This document shows, in pieces, positions 30,490-40,677 of a stretch of DNA of 64,000 nucleotides. Positions within the stretch are counted from its first letter, which is position 1, and every line of letters starts with the position of its first letter. The notes below the pieces were generated by a model that was not told the origin of the DNA, did no database searches, and saw nothing but the letters and a program-made list of their open reading frames with translations. The stretch covers positions 32,001 to 96,000 of IMG/VR virus record IMGVR_UViG_3300028388_004772, one strand, 5' to 3'. Source of the stretch: a virus. A program made the position numbers and the translations under genes.

Positions 30490-32315
30490 GTTGTCAACGA
30501 CACCGCTGTATTCTGATAATCAATTACAGACTGGGTGACTGACAGAGCTGGATCAAGTGCCAGAATATAATTTCTTAATGGTTTAATTGTACTTTGATTT
30601 GCTGGAGTTACCGACACTTTGATTGCTGATCCTTCATATGCAGTTGGAAGGAATCCATCAATACTAACTGTACCAGATGTAGCATTAAAGGAACCAACAT
30701 TATCAAGTTGTACTACACCAGCCAAATTGACAATTTGTAATTTAGTTGAACTAAGCTGATTTCTGATAAAACATGATTGATCGTTGTATGTGAACCTTGA
30801 TGATGTAACAATGTAGTTGACATCATCAGCTGCTGCGATCGCAGCTGGGTATGCCAGAGTGTAATCGCTTATAGTCGTTAAGGATGGTGTGATTCTCAAC
30901 TGAAGTTTAATGTTCATCCTCGAGTTGAGAATAGCAGGCGCCAGCCCATCAATCTCTGCAAGTAGATTAGATCTTCTAAATGTTTTACCAAACGAGTTAA
31001 GATTAGTGGCAAAATAAGATTGAACAGTGTCTTGTACATCATTCTCAACTGCCTTTGGTGACAAACCAGTCAAATCAGGATCGAGATTAAATATTGTTTC
31101 AATTTCTAGGAATGTATTGGTAGGATCAGTGAATACGGTATCGATTGACATAATAGCCAAGTTATCAGAAAGATTGATTATAATCTGATCTTTGACAGTT
31201 TGTTGTACACTAGCAGAGATGTTATCTTTGAATTTTAATGAAACATATACTCGACCATATACTGGTGGAACATTATCATTTCCACCCCAGGCAATTACAT
31301 CCTCCAAATACGATGAGTAATTTTCAAGAATGAGAGCTTTGTAATCTTCCGCTGTTACCATTCTTTGTTGGGAGGCAAATGATAGCGGAGCATTACCCTT
31401 GATTGAAGAAATTGACTCTTTAGCATCCCCACCCGAGGATTCTGAAACAACAGTCGTGGTCAAAGTATAATCTGTACCCTCAATTGTTACTGATTCATCC
31501 GCCAAGAATGTGTCAGCTCCATTGGCAGCTGCGCCTGCCGTAGAAAGATAAGTAATTACAATTTTGTTTCCTGCAACAGGAGCCTTGCCAAGAACATTAC
31601 CGTTGGAGAATGTTACTTCATAATAACCGTTCGGAGCTTCTCTCACAATATAAATTGTCGAATCATTATCAATTCTAACAGCTCGGTTGACTTCAATGTA
31701 TGTTTCAAATGAAGAAGAGGTCACTGTGTCGTATACATTAACGACCATCGTGGATGTATCAATTGTTTCATCAGGGATTACATATACCTGATCATCAGCA
31801 GTGTCCCCTACTAAAAATGTTTTAGTTTTCAGTGTCCCTTCTGTCAATTCAATATTTGTCGAACCCCCAATTGTCTCAAATGTAAACAGACCACTTCCGT
31901 TGTTGTATCCAATATATTCTTCAAGTGTCTGAAAACTATAGGATATATTATCAACTTCGGCCGTAAATGTTGTATTGGCTGGTAATGAAATAAATGTTGG
32001 TGATGTCAACGAAGTAGAAACACTTAAATTAACTGTTGCTGATGATCCTGTTCTTGATCTAGAATAATAACCAAGAGTCTCTGCATGAGAAAGAACAGAC
32101 GATCTTAGCTGAGCTGATGATAAGAATGACTCATTGATAGCAAGGTTGGCAATCAGACCATTGAGGTGAGTATTATATGCCAGTACATCCAGAATGTTGG
32201 AAAGACCTGATGTCTCAAAATCATAGTCAGAGAATTCATCCTGCTGCTGCAGATATGTTTTAAGATTTTCTTTGATTAGATCAAAATCGAGATCACTCGA
32301 TCTAATAACCGCCAT
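30486..32315 (-). CDS. gp6: Baseplate wedge subunit gp6
   Basis: LDFD.IK.NLK.YL..Q.EF.DYDFE.SGLS.ILDVLAYNTH; Q.RMVTAEDY; WGG.DN.PP.YG.V. Confidence 0.92.
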   Translation of the reverse strand: MAVIRSSDLDFDLIKENLKTYLQQQDEFSDYDFETSGLSNILDVLAYNTHLNGLIANLAINESFLSSAQLRSSVLSHAETLGYYSRSRTGSSATVNLSVSTSLTSPTFISLPANTTFTAEVDNISYSFQTLEEYIGYNNGSGLFTFETIGGSTNIELTEGTLKTKTFLVGDTADDQVYVIPDETIDTSTMVVNVYDTVTSSSFETYIEVNRAVRIDNDSTIYIVREAPNGYYEVTFSNGNVLGKAPVAGNKIVITYLSTAGAAANGADTFLADESVTIEGTDYTLTTTVVSESSGGDAKESISSIKGNAPLSFASQQRMVTAEDYKALILENYSSYLEDVIAWGGNDNVPPVYGRVYVSLKFKDNISASVQQTVKDQIIINLSDNLAIMSIDTVFTDPTNTFLEIETIFNLDPDLTGLSPKAVENDVQDTVQSYFATNLNSFGKTFRRSNLLAEIDGLAPAILNSRMNIKLQLRITPSLTTISDYTLAYPAAIAAADDVNYIVTSSRFTYNDQSCFIRNQLSSTKLQIVNLAGVVQLDNVGSFNATSGTVSIDGFLPTAYEGSAIKVSVTPANQSTIKPLRNYILALDPALSVTQSVIDYQNTAVSLTT

Positions 32316-32755
32316 TATCTCACCCTCGTTAGTGATACGTCTACTTGTACTTGTTCTTCAGTTGAAACCACTTGACAGATAACTGTCACACCAATTGAAT
32401 TATAATCTGGGGATGGTTTAACGTTGACCAATCTAACCCTTGCCCTTGGTTCATAATTGTTGATAACATCAAAGATTCTCTCTTTAATATCCAACTCATC
32501 AAACTCTTGATCAAGAGAAAATAAGAAATCGTTTAACCCTCCCCCATAATTTGGATCAAAGGGTTTTTCAAATCTGTTAGTTAGAAGAAGATTCTTAATC
32601 GCTTGCTTTACAGCAGCACCTTCTGTTTTCTTATAGATGTCACCAGAGGGTCGATTCTGAAAAGTCAGATCGATATCTTTATACGTAACGGACCTACTAC
32701 TGATGAGAGGAACGTTCGATAAATTTCCATCTTCTATTGAATATCTTCTGGCCAT
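32315..32755 (-). CDS. gp25: Baseplate wedge subunit gp25
   Basis: YKDIDL.F...D....AVKQAIKNLLLTN..EKPF.P..G; I.NYEPR. Confidence 0.9.
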   Translation of the reverse strand: MARRYSIEDGNLSNVPLISSRSVTYKDIDLTFQNRPSGDIYKKTEGAAVKQAIKNLLLTNRFEKPFDPNYGGGLNDFLFSLDQEFDELDIKERIFDVINNYEPRARVRLVNVKPSPDYNSIGVTVICQVVSTEEQVQVDVSLTRVR

Positions 32756-32774
32756 TATAGAATCTCTTTTGTTT

Positions 32775-32782
32775 TATTTATA
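32775..32782 (-). promoter_or_regulatory. T4-type late promoter TATAAATA
   Basis: Exact match upstream of gp25. Confidence 0.8.
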
Positions 32783-32786
32783 TCAT

Positions 32787-35462
32787 TTATTGTGCCGAAT
32801 CGGCAGCAAGATAAACATATGCGGACCCTGCATCACTTTCACCATTTATATTATCAAGATATGCTCCAATAACAGCCCTGCTATTGCTTAAACCAACACT
32901 CCAACCAAAAATATCATTTGCTTCAGGATTAGGATTCAAAATTTCTGCTGCTTGCGACCAACTATCATTAGACCTAGTGAACACATACGCTGCACCACCG
33001 ACATTACGTGAATATCCTCCGGTAATAATTGTGTCACCTTCTATATCAAGACTACCCCCAAGATTTAAAAAACCTGGATAAGCTCCATCTTGTATTAATT
33101 TGGTTTGTTGTGTCCATGTAGAGCCAGATCGAGTAAAAACATAAACCGCTCCGTTGTTTGAACCATTTGCATCATCATTAGGTGCACCAATTGCAATCGT
33201 ATTACTATTACTGTCAACCGCAACACTAGAACCAAATCGATCGTTGCTTTGTCTGTCTCCGGCCGGAGCAGTAAGAACTGTATTTAAAGACCAACTACCA
33301 TTACTTCTTGTAAATACATGAGCATTACCGCTAGCGTATACACCATTTGCGTCTTTATAAGGAGATCCGACGACAATTGTGTCACCGGATATATCAACTC
33401 CATTTACATTTTCACCGAAACGCTCTTGGGCCTGCGGACTGGTTGGGGTCAGTTTTTGTTGTTGTGTCCAAGTACTTCCCGATCTCGTAAACACATATGC
33501 TGCACCTACGTTATTGGATCCACTAATATCATGTAGAGGGGCACTGACAACAATCGTGTCACTGTCTATTGCTACAGATGTTCCAAAATAATCCGAAATT
33601 CTGCCACCTGAGGCTTCTATAGACTGCTGTTTAGTCCAAGTACTTCCTACCCTTGTATATATGTGAGCGTTACCTGTTCCAGAAATACTATTACTGACAT
33701 CTATACTATCTCCTAGTCTTGAACCAGCAACAATTGTATCTCCATCTATAGCAACAGATGATCCCAGTCGATCGGCAGATCCACTAAAACCTTCTGTAAT
33801 TTTTTGTTCTAATTCAAAAGGAGGGAAATCGCCAGTAGAATCTAGTATAAAGTTATAAAAATTTGATAACGAAATTATTCCAGATGTAGGGGCCGGAGAT
33901 AAAATTGATGAACCAATGAGTGCACTATTAAGACGATATACAAAAATAGCTCCTTCGGACGAATAAACATCATCTTCGCGGGGAGCTCCAACCGCAATTG
34001 TATCACTGTCTATTGCTACACTATAACCATAATAATCTGCATATTCCGGTGTTGGATGTGTCAAAGTACCTTCTAGATGAACCAAATTCCAATCAGCAAT
34101 AGGAAAACCAGATTCACTGACACTATCAGAGTAATATTCCGACAATGATATCGGATTAGTTCCTCCTAGGTAATCTTGTACCTCGGACAAACTGATCGGC
34201 GGTTGATACCATCCAAGGGTATTCCATATATCTCCAGCAAAGGAATCGACAATATGTGAGAAGCTACCATTACTATTATAAAAACTCAATCCATAGCTAT
34301 TATTGGTGGTTACTATGAGTCCATTTTCTGCAGCCGCAATGTTGTCTCCAAAAGGAGCAGAATACCCGGACCTTGGGTTTGTAACATTAGGACTATTAAT
34401 AATTATCTCATTAGACCCGTCAGAATCATAAATGTATATACCCCCGATCTCATCCGGGTATCCTTTATACGGAGCTCCCACTATTAACTTGTTATTTTCG
34501 TAGATGATTTCTTGGCCAAAATCATCCCAATCACCCGGATAGCTATTATCACTTGGAAAAATTGGACTAATAGAATCCAGGTGGTCACCAGTAGCTTTAT
34601 CAAATATGAATACAGCACCAGCTCCCTGATTTGCAAATGTCCGAGCAGCCCCAGCATATACCTTGCTTGAATTCATGGCCACCAATCGAACGTGGCCATC
34701 CCCAGTATTAGTCTGTCCGGATCCTCCAAAAATTACAGCACTTCCCATATCAGGAGTAGTAGGTCTAGAGATTGTCCGGGGGTTAGTCAATCCAGAATCT
34801 AGCAGTCGTATTCGACGAAGCTCATTAACTGGATCATTTTCTGAGACAGCAATTGTATTACCTGAGACATATACATTATGACCAAGTTCATCTCCAGAAT
34901 CTCCTTCGTATACGTATTGATAATCTCGTTTATTATTTGGATTTGCTGCTATATTAGCAAGACTGTATTGATATACCCTTCCTTTAGGAACTATACCTGC
35001 ATATCCCGTACCACTGCCTGGTGCACCTACTACTAATACGTCACCAGACACAGATACCGCATGACCGAATCTTGCATTAGGTGAATATTGACCGCCGTCA
35101 TAATACGAATTCGGGTATGTCGCTAAATGAGCATCTGTCATTTCTCTACGGGCTATTAGTTCAAAATTGATAGTATCATATATCCAAACAGCACCAGCAA
35201 AATAGTCATTGCCGAAACCACCTCGATCGGATAAGTCGAAAAACAGCGGATGACCAACGACAATATAATCATCATTAAAATCTACTGATACACCATAACG
35301 ATTATCGATATCCAAGTAATCCTCATCATAACCAGTGGGTACTGTCAGCAGAGCTATTCTTTCCCCTGTTTCAGAATTTACAACAGTTACTTCACCGTTA
35401 CTGTTTACGGTATTATTTCTTGCGTTGCCACCAATAATAAATCTAAATTTAGGAAGAGCCAT
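32787..35462 (-). CDS. FG-GAP repeat protein with two propeller regions (putative adhesin), 891 aa
   Basis: Many FG.SVAI.GDTIV.GAP...GAAYVFTRSG..W blades; internal ISLSEV...GGTNPISLSEYY motif. Confidence 0.8.
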   Translation of the reverse strand: MALPKFRFIIGGNARNNTVNSNGEVTVVNSETGERIALLTVPTGYDEDYLDIDNRYGVSVDFNDDYIVVGHPLFFDLSDRGGFGNDYFAGAVWIYDTINFELIARREMTDAHLATYPNSYYDGGQYSPNARFGHAVSVSGDVLVVGAPGSGTGYAGIVPKGRVYQYSLANIAANPNNKRDYQYVYEGDSGDELGHNVYVSGNTIAVSENDPVNELRRIRLLDSGLTNPRTISRPTTPDMGSAVIFGGSGQTNTGDGHVRLVAMNSSKVYAGAARTFANQGAGAVFIFDKATGDHLDSISPIFPSDNSYPGDWDDFGQEIIYENNKLIVGAPYKGYPDEIGGIYIYDSDGSNEIIINSPNVTNPRSGYSAPFGDNIAAAENGLIVTTNNSYGLSFYNSNGSFSHIVDSFAGDIWNTLGWYQPPISLSEVQDYLGGTNPISLSEYYSDSVSESGFPIADWNLVHLEGTLTHPTPEYADYYGYSVAIDSDTIAVGAPREDDVYSSEGAIFVYRLNSALIGSSILSPAPTSGIISLSNFYNFILDSTGDFPPFELEQKITEGFSGSADRLGSSVAIDGDTIVAGSRLGDSIDVSNSISGTGNAHIYTRVGSTWTKQQSIEASGGRISDYFGTSVAIDSDTIVVSAPLHDISGSNNVGAAYVFTRSGSTWTQQQKLTPTSPQAQERFGENVNGVDISGDTIVVGSPYKDANGVYASGNAHVFTRSNGSWSLNTVLTAPAGDRQSNDRFGSSVAVDSNSNTIAIGAPNDDANGSNNGAVYVFTRSGSTWTQQTKLIQDGAYPGFLNLGGSLDIEGDTIITGGYSRNVGGAAYVFTRSNDSWSQAAEILNPNPEANDIFGWSVGLSNSRAVIGAYLDNINGESDAGSAYVYLAADSAQ

Positions 35463-36733
35463 TACGGAGATCCAAATGCTGTAACATCATTAACAGCAAC
35501 AATTTCACCAATAGAATCAATTGAAACCTTAGCTATATCATTGTAAGAGAATGTTAATTTATTACTCACCACTGATATTTTCCAATCGCCAATAGTTAAT
35601 GAGGTAGCATCCCCAAATGCACTATCAATCAATGCACCCGCACGCGCTGGGGTATAATAAAGATTATTGCCTTCGGATAAATCTGTAGTTGACTTCTGAC
35701 TTAGGTCTAAGTTTGCTCCTGTCTGCAGATTCACACGAGCATCAGCTCTATCATTTGTATAGTATAGTCTACTACCCTCAGTTATATCAGAGGTTGTAGA
35801 GGGGATTGTTGGTGCACCTGTTAACGAGCTGTATGCAAAATCTTGAGGAGTTTCTCGAGCTCTCACGTATGTGTTATTAACAACAGCAGAAATAAGATCA
35901 ATTACGGCATTCGAGTCGGTACCCACAACACCTAAGGACGTAACATAATCAGCACCTATAATCGATTGAACATCATTAGAATCTAGTAAGTACGGTTTAC
36001 CCGAAATAGAGTTCCAAGAAAAGTTTGGAGCTGTGGATGGACTACCGATATAGAATCCACTAAACCGTGCGCCAGACCTGATAAAAGTTGATGTGTCGCC
36101 TGACACATCATATTCAATTTGAATAGAATCATTAGCTTCAAAATATTCTACTCCCGCGATAGTGTGGGTAGTGAACCCTCCTCCCTGACCGTCCTCTAAG
36201 GTTCTGTAGCTGAAATTAGCATTACCACCAATAAGCTGTTGGTTAACCTTTAGTCGTATCTCAGACCACGCTGCTCCCTCGATATTATCGGAAGTGACCA
36301 TACTATTAAGTTGATAGTATCCACTAACGGGTATAACGTATGAGAACCCTGCTGAATCCCAACCTTGACCCACGTCAAAGATTACATTATCAAACGGAAT
36401 TATTACCGCATTCGTATAATCAGCACTAGACATATTTGTCTCGAGTTGCACACTAAACGCAACAGTTGCTTCTTGTACTATACTATCCGCTATCCACTCG
36501 TTGCCGTTGTATTTTAAGAACATGCCAACGCCAGCAGAATCCACTGAATCTGAAACATTAGATAAAGCACCAAGAGTTGATCCAACAACACCATCCCCAA
36601 ACCTAAGATTGCCGTTCTCATCAATAACGATAACCTGATTTTCAGTACCAGTCTCTGTAGGAAGAGTATACAGAGTATTCCCATTGTCATCAATGTAGAT
36701 TACTGTACTTCCAGACTGTCTTAAATCTGCCAT
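35462..36733 (-). CDS. Fibre protein with C1q/TNF-like domain
   Basis: VAFSV...IPFDNV.FD.G.G.D....YVIPVSGYYQ...FSGFYI; TTSDITEGSRLYYT repeats; ends NDVTAFGSP. Confidence 0.7.
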   Translation of the reverse strand: MADLRQSGSTVIYIDDNGNTLYTLPTETGTENQVIVIDENGNLRFGDGVVGSTLGALSNVSDSVDSAGVGMFLKYNGNEWIADSIVQEATVAFSVQLETNMSSADYTNAVIIPFDNVIFDVGQGWDSAGFSYVIPVSGYYQLNSMVTSDNIEGAAWSEIRLKVNQQLIGGNANFSYRTLEDGQGGGFTTHTIAGVEYFEANDSIQIEYDVSGDTSTFIRSGARFSGFYIGSPSTAPNFSWNSISGKPYLLDSNDVQSIIGADYVTSLGVVGTDSNAVIDLISAVVNNTYVRARETPQDFAYSSLTGAPTIPSTTSDITEGSRLYYTNDRADARVNLQTGANLDLSQKSTTDLSEGNNLYYTPARAGALIDSAFGDATSLTIGDWKISVVSNKLTFSYNDIAKVSIDSIGEIVAVNDVTAFGSP

Positions 36734-36735
36734 AC

Positions 36736-37506
36736 CTATGCCTTATTCGGTTTCGCTGTTGTATTTGTAGAAGCTGCCAAGCCAGGACCATCAGTGTGCT
36801 GATGAGTATGATTAACTAATGATACCCCATCAACTACTACATCTCCATTTGTTCCTGTTACATTAACAGTATCACTTGTTACTGTAGTAGTCGTGGATGT
36901 TACGTTCACATTTGTAGCCTTGATATTAGCATTTTCACCAGCATCAATATATACACTTGTTGACTTGATTACTATTTGACCATCAGGATGAAATTCAATG
37001 TATGATCCAGATTTATGAAAGATGTTGATTCTTTCTTTACCATCTGTGTCATCAATTTCAATCACATGACCAGACTTTGTTTGTGTAACCTTATTGTCAG
37101 GATACACTGCACCATATGTATCTGTTGGAGCTCCTGACACTGATACAGATCTGTCAAGGGTATCTGTACCTGTCGTTAAAGGATTAACATCTCCGTCCTT
37201 TGGCATCGAACCCACAACCAATGGAAGCTGAGAGTGTGTTCCATCAAGAAAGATACCAAAGACATTCGAACCAACCTGAACTCCAAGATTGTTTCCAAGA
37301 CCATCGGTTCCACCTTCTGTAATAGGTGTAACAACCTGAGCCCAAGGTAAGTCACTGTCCGGGATGTCAATTGTATTTTCACTATGTACACCAAAGATCC
37401 TGACCTTTATCCGCCCAAGATAGAGAGGGTCGGAGACACTAACAACGCGGCCAATAAACCACCTTGTCTGATCTCCATAAAAGTCAATGTACGGTTTTGG
37501 AATCAT
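36736..37506 (-). CDS. gp5: Baseplate hub spike gp5-like (OB fold plus short beta-helix, no lysozyme domain)
   Basis: WFIGRV....DP..LGRIKVRIFG.H...LPWA; YP.NKV..TKSGH.IE.DDT...ERI...H.SG; ends NHTHQH. Confidence 0.88.
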   Translation of the reverse strand: MIPKPYIDFYGDQTRWFIGRVVSVSDPLYLGRIKVRIFGVHSENTIDIPDSDLPWAQVVTPITEGGTDGLGNNLGVQVGSNVFGIFLDGTHSQLPLVVGSMPKDGDVNPLTTGTDTLDRSVSVSGAPTDTYGAVYPDNKVTQTKSGHVIEIDDTDGKERINIFHKSGSYIEFHPDGQIVIKSTSVYIDAGENANIKATNVNVTSTTTTVTSDTVNVTGTNGDVVVDGVSLVNHTHQHTDGPGLAASTNTTAKPNKA

Positions 37507-38852
37507 ATAATATCCGTATAGTTAGCGAGTTTAGATCCCGTCATCTTTATATAATGTTTAAATGTATCAGTATCTTTTTTGAATGTGTGTTGGGCAGCAA
37601 AGATCAAATAGTCACCTGACTTTTTCTGATCAAGTAACTGATCTGAGAGAGTGGGATCAGGATTGGGAAACGTAAAATGAATTCTCAAGTTGTTTCCGAC
37701 AGTCGTATGTTCTTCACCACCAATAAAATCTAGACCCTTGACAGCAAATGTAATTGGTGCATTAGCAAGAAGCTCTTTCATTGCCTGACTTGTTACATTA
37801 TTCTTATAATCAGATAGCAACTCACTCTCTTTGTAACTATTGAACGATGTTTCATCAACGTATGCTGAGCTTCCACCTATCCGAGTAATCCTTCTACTAC
37901 CAAGTTCATTGTATGGTTTTTCGTTTAACTTGTACCTTGGACCATACATGATATTATTTTGATTTTTTGGTAACACACTATTCTTAACAAGAGGATCTAA
38001 CAGATCTTTCGTTACATCAAATTGAAATGTATTTCTTCTGTTCTTGACTGTATCAATGTATTCGTATTGAGCACCGATCAATCCTCTTTGAATATATCGG
38101 TATAGATTATTAACCTCATTCTGATCAAAGCCAAGTAGGATTCTTCGCTTTGCTGTTTCATCATCCGAAAAAAATGGTGTACTAGAATACCGGTAAGGGC
38201 CATCGGGGTTTATTACTGGAGTGTTAACCAATGTACCCAAATCGACATAATTTAAAGTATCAGTTATCAATGTGGAAAATAGATAAAACGGATACCCATT
38301 GATGGTTGTTGCCCTGTCCCGGATCCACATCATTGCTTCAATAGGACTCAGGTTAGGAACAATCAGCTTTATACTTTGTGTATCCTTTCCAAATTTCGTA
38401 ACTTGTTTGCCTAAGAAATTTGATGCTATTTTTTCAATGATTGTTCCACACTTGCCATTGTATGACTTATTCAAATTTTGAAGATTTGACTCAAATCCAA
38501 TATCTTCAATTAAATTAAAAATATGACCTTCCGAGGTGTCATTAACTTTGGCTGTAGAAAGAATCTCACTGATATAGAATGTTTTACTAAACGGTTTTGC
38601 ATCTTTACTACTACAGGTAATTTTGATAAATATTGTTTCCCCGCCGATGACATCTGCATTAGTAAGAAATCCTGAATCATCGACGAGCATGATTCTTCCA
38701 GTGAGATAGGGAAAGTTCAAGTCTTCAAAGATCTCGAGATCAGTGACATTATTTTTTAGTTCGATAGGACGATCTAAAAACGGTGATGTAAACAATACCG
38801 TATCAAATATAAAATCAGAGACTGTCTCTGGTGCACCCGTAACGACACTCAA
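37503..38852 (-). CDS. Probable baseplate hub protein (gp27-like)
   Basis: Lies between gp53 and gp5; IFED...PYLTG.I...D and SGDYLI....H.F motifs. Confidence 0.5.
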   Translation of the reverse strand: MSVVTGAPETVSDFIFDTVLFTSPFLDRPIELKNNVTDLEIFEDLNFPYLTGRIMLVDDSGFLTNADVIGGETIFIKITCSSKDAKPFSKTFYISEILSTAKVNDTSEGHIFNLIEDIGFESNLQNLNKSYNGKCGTIIEKIASNFLGKQVTKFGKDTQSIKLIVPNLSPIEAMMWIRDRATTINGYPFYLFSTLITDTLNYVDLGTLVNTPVINPDGPYRYSSTPFFSDDETAKRRILLGFDQNEVNNLYRYIQRGLIGAQYEYIDTVKNRRNTFQFDVTKDLLDPLVKNSVLPKNQNNIMYGPRYKLNEKPYNELGSRRITRIGGSSAYVDETSFNSYKESELLSDYKNNVTSQAMKELLANAPITFAVKGLDFIGGEEHTTVGNNLRIHFTFPNPDPTLSDQLLDQKKSGDYLIFAAQHTFKKDTDTFKHYIKMTGSKLANYTDII

Positions 38853-39577
38853 CTTCCAACTGCCTCTCTAAATGATGCTACGACAGTAGGCATAGCCGAA
38901 GGTTTGATAATTCTGATTTGCTTTAGATCTTCATTTTGAGTAACCATTCTATCAAGATAGGTTATTTCAGTAAGGAGAGCTCCAGGTCCAACTTCAGGAT
39001 CAATATCAACAACCTCCCCGGAAGCATTCTCATAGTGATGGGCAGACAAATATTCAAGACCTGAACTAACTAACGTAATAGATTCCAACTCTTCATCTAA
39101 ATTTGTTGATGTAATCGTTTCACCCGCAATGAACTGATTCGTCAACTGACCAACGACAAGCTGACCAAGGTCTAGGTGTCTGTGATTAATAACAGCAGTA
39201 GCACCAGACGTTGTTCCTTGAATTGTTTGACCAACCTTAAACTTATCGGTTAGTCTTGTCCTTGTAGTAAGAGTTGTCAGACTATAATCCTTTTGTGCTT
39301 TTGCAATCAACTCCTGATTAGTGATGGGCCATCCACGACCTCTAATTTTGTCATTAATTAAATAAAACGTCCAATGCAATGTAGGGGTGTCATATAAGAA
39401 ATATGATAGACGATCGGGTCTTTCGCCTTCCTGAATATAATAATCTTGATAGAACGCAACATTGTTTTTAATTTCATCAAAGATACTGGAATATACTGAG
39501 ATGTTTTGAAATACATCAGGTGTAGTCTCGTCCCCAAAGTAATATTCCACGTACGGAAAGTATCTAAAAAATGACAT
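38849..39577 (-). CDS. gp53: Baseplate wedge subunit gp53
   Basis: MSFFRYFP.V.Y; Y.I.EGERPD.LSY.LY....LHW.F...N; HHYE; NE..KQIRIIKP. Confidence 0.88.
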   Translation of the reverse strand: MSFFRYFPYVEYYFGDETTPDVFQNISVYSSIFDEIKNNVAFYQDYYIQEGERPDRLSYFLYDTPTLHWTFYLINDKIRGRGWPITNQELIAKAQKDYSLTTLTTRTRLTDKFKVGQTIQGTTSGATAVINHRHLDLGQLVVGQLTNQFIAGETITSTNLDEELESITLVSSGLEYLSAHHYENASGEVVDIDPEVGPGALLTEITYLDRMVTQNEDLKQIRIIKPSAMPTVVASFREAVGS

Positions 39578-39579
39578 AA

Positions 39580-40629
39580 TTAAATCTCCAGTGGGTCATC
39601 ATTATCAGACTGATTAACAACATCAGAGAACGCTTTCTCCTGACCCCGTTGGGTAGCAGGATCAGGATAATCTTTCCACTGATCCTCAATATCACTTCTT
39701 GCCAATGGTCTGTGCTCCATAAAGTTTAAAGTCAGATCAGTTTCAATAGGCTCACCATCATAATGATATACACCTGCTGTTCCATTGGTTGTTACTGAAA
39801 TCGAGTTTAGAAAGCAGTCTAGTAATTTAGTACCAATAGGTGTATATCTTAAATTTCCGTTCTCGAACGTCCGAGAGAACAATTTAATTCTAAACATGTC
39901 AGGATACTTATATGCAATTGGAATAGCTCCACCGATAGGTAATTCCTCTGGATATGCATGGAACCTGAAATAATTAACTATCTGCTTGACGAGTACAGCC
40001 TCATCACGAGACCTTGGAATAAATTTAAACTGAAAAGAAAATTGTCTTATACCGACATTAGAAAACGTTGTTCTCAGATTAGGGTGAATACTAGCCTGAG
40101 CAACTAATCCAACAGCATCCCTCACTCCTTGAGGAATAGGAGCAAATGACGCTGCTCTCACAGCAGCTGCTTGGGACAAAGCTTGACCACCAAAAGCTTT
40201 TAAAACATCATCTACACCTTTGACAAATCCTTCTCTCATCGCAGTGGATGCAGCTTGAGCAACTGATCCACCTTGCTGCATTGTATTGAGAAAACCAGCT
40301 CCCGCGATACCTAATGAGGCTGCGTTGTTATAACTAAACACATCTGTCACCGTATGCGCCTGAGGAACATATAGATCAACTTTTTTTCCAGTTGCACTGA
40401 CACTATACCCAGAAGCCTTGAGTGGCTTGCTTTCTGGTCGATCTACTCGGTTTCCTGATGCATCTATATCGACATCCCCATCTCTCTTCCATTTCAACAG
40501 GGACTTGAAGTCTCCACGAATTGTGGGAGGATTAGTTTTAATAATCTCAAATTGGATCTTAGCATTGTACCTGTCTCTGTCGTCAACTGGATACTCAAAT
40601 CGACCAGGCTTATAATCTTCAACGGCCAT
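39580..40629 (-). CDS. gp48: Baseplate tail-tube cap gp48
   Basis: LYVP; F..V..RQFSFQFKFIPRS..EA..V..I...FR...YP; YPD.F.I; L.L.F.E. Confidence 0.82.
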   Translation of the reverse strand: MAVEDYKPGRFEYPVDDRDRYNAKIQFEIIKTNPPTIRGDFKSLLKWKRDGDVDIDASGNRVDRPESKPLKASGYSVSATGKKVDLYVPQAHTVTDVFSYNNAASLGIAGAGFLNTMQQGGSVAQAASTAMREGFVKGVDDVLKAFGGQALSQAAAVRAASFAPIPQGVRDAVGLVAQASIHPNLRTTFSNVGIRQFSFQFKFIPRSRDEAVLVKQIVNYFRFHAYPEELPIGGAIPIAYKYPDMFRIKLFSRTFENGNLRYTPIGTKLLDCFLNSISVTTNGTAGVYHYDGEPIETDLTLNFMEHRPLARSDIEDQWKDYPDPATQRGQEKAFSDVVNQSDNDDPLEI

Positions 40630-40662
40630 GTAGAAAACCTATAGATAGAATTAGTTTAGTTT

Positions 40663-40670
40663 TATTTATA
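40663..40670 (-). promoter_or_regulatory. T4-type late promoter TATAAATA
   Basis: Exact match upstream of gp48 in the divergent gap. Confidence 0.8.
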
Positions 40671-40677
40671 ATCAAAT

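Noticed and set aside
77-40615. Many short plus-strand ORFs in the track (e.g. 77-331, 7432-7656, 9059-9433, 21696-22103, 26845-27162)
   Set aside because: Antisense shadows of long minus-strand genes; no recognisable motifs
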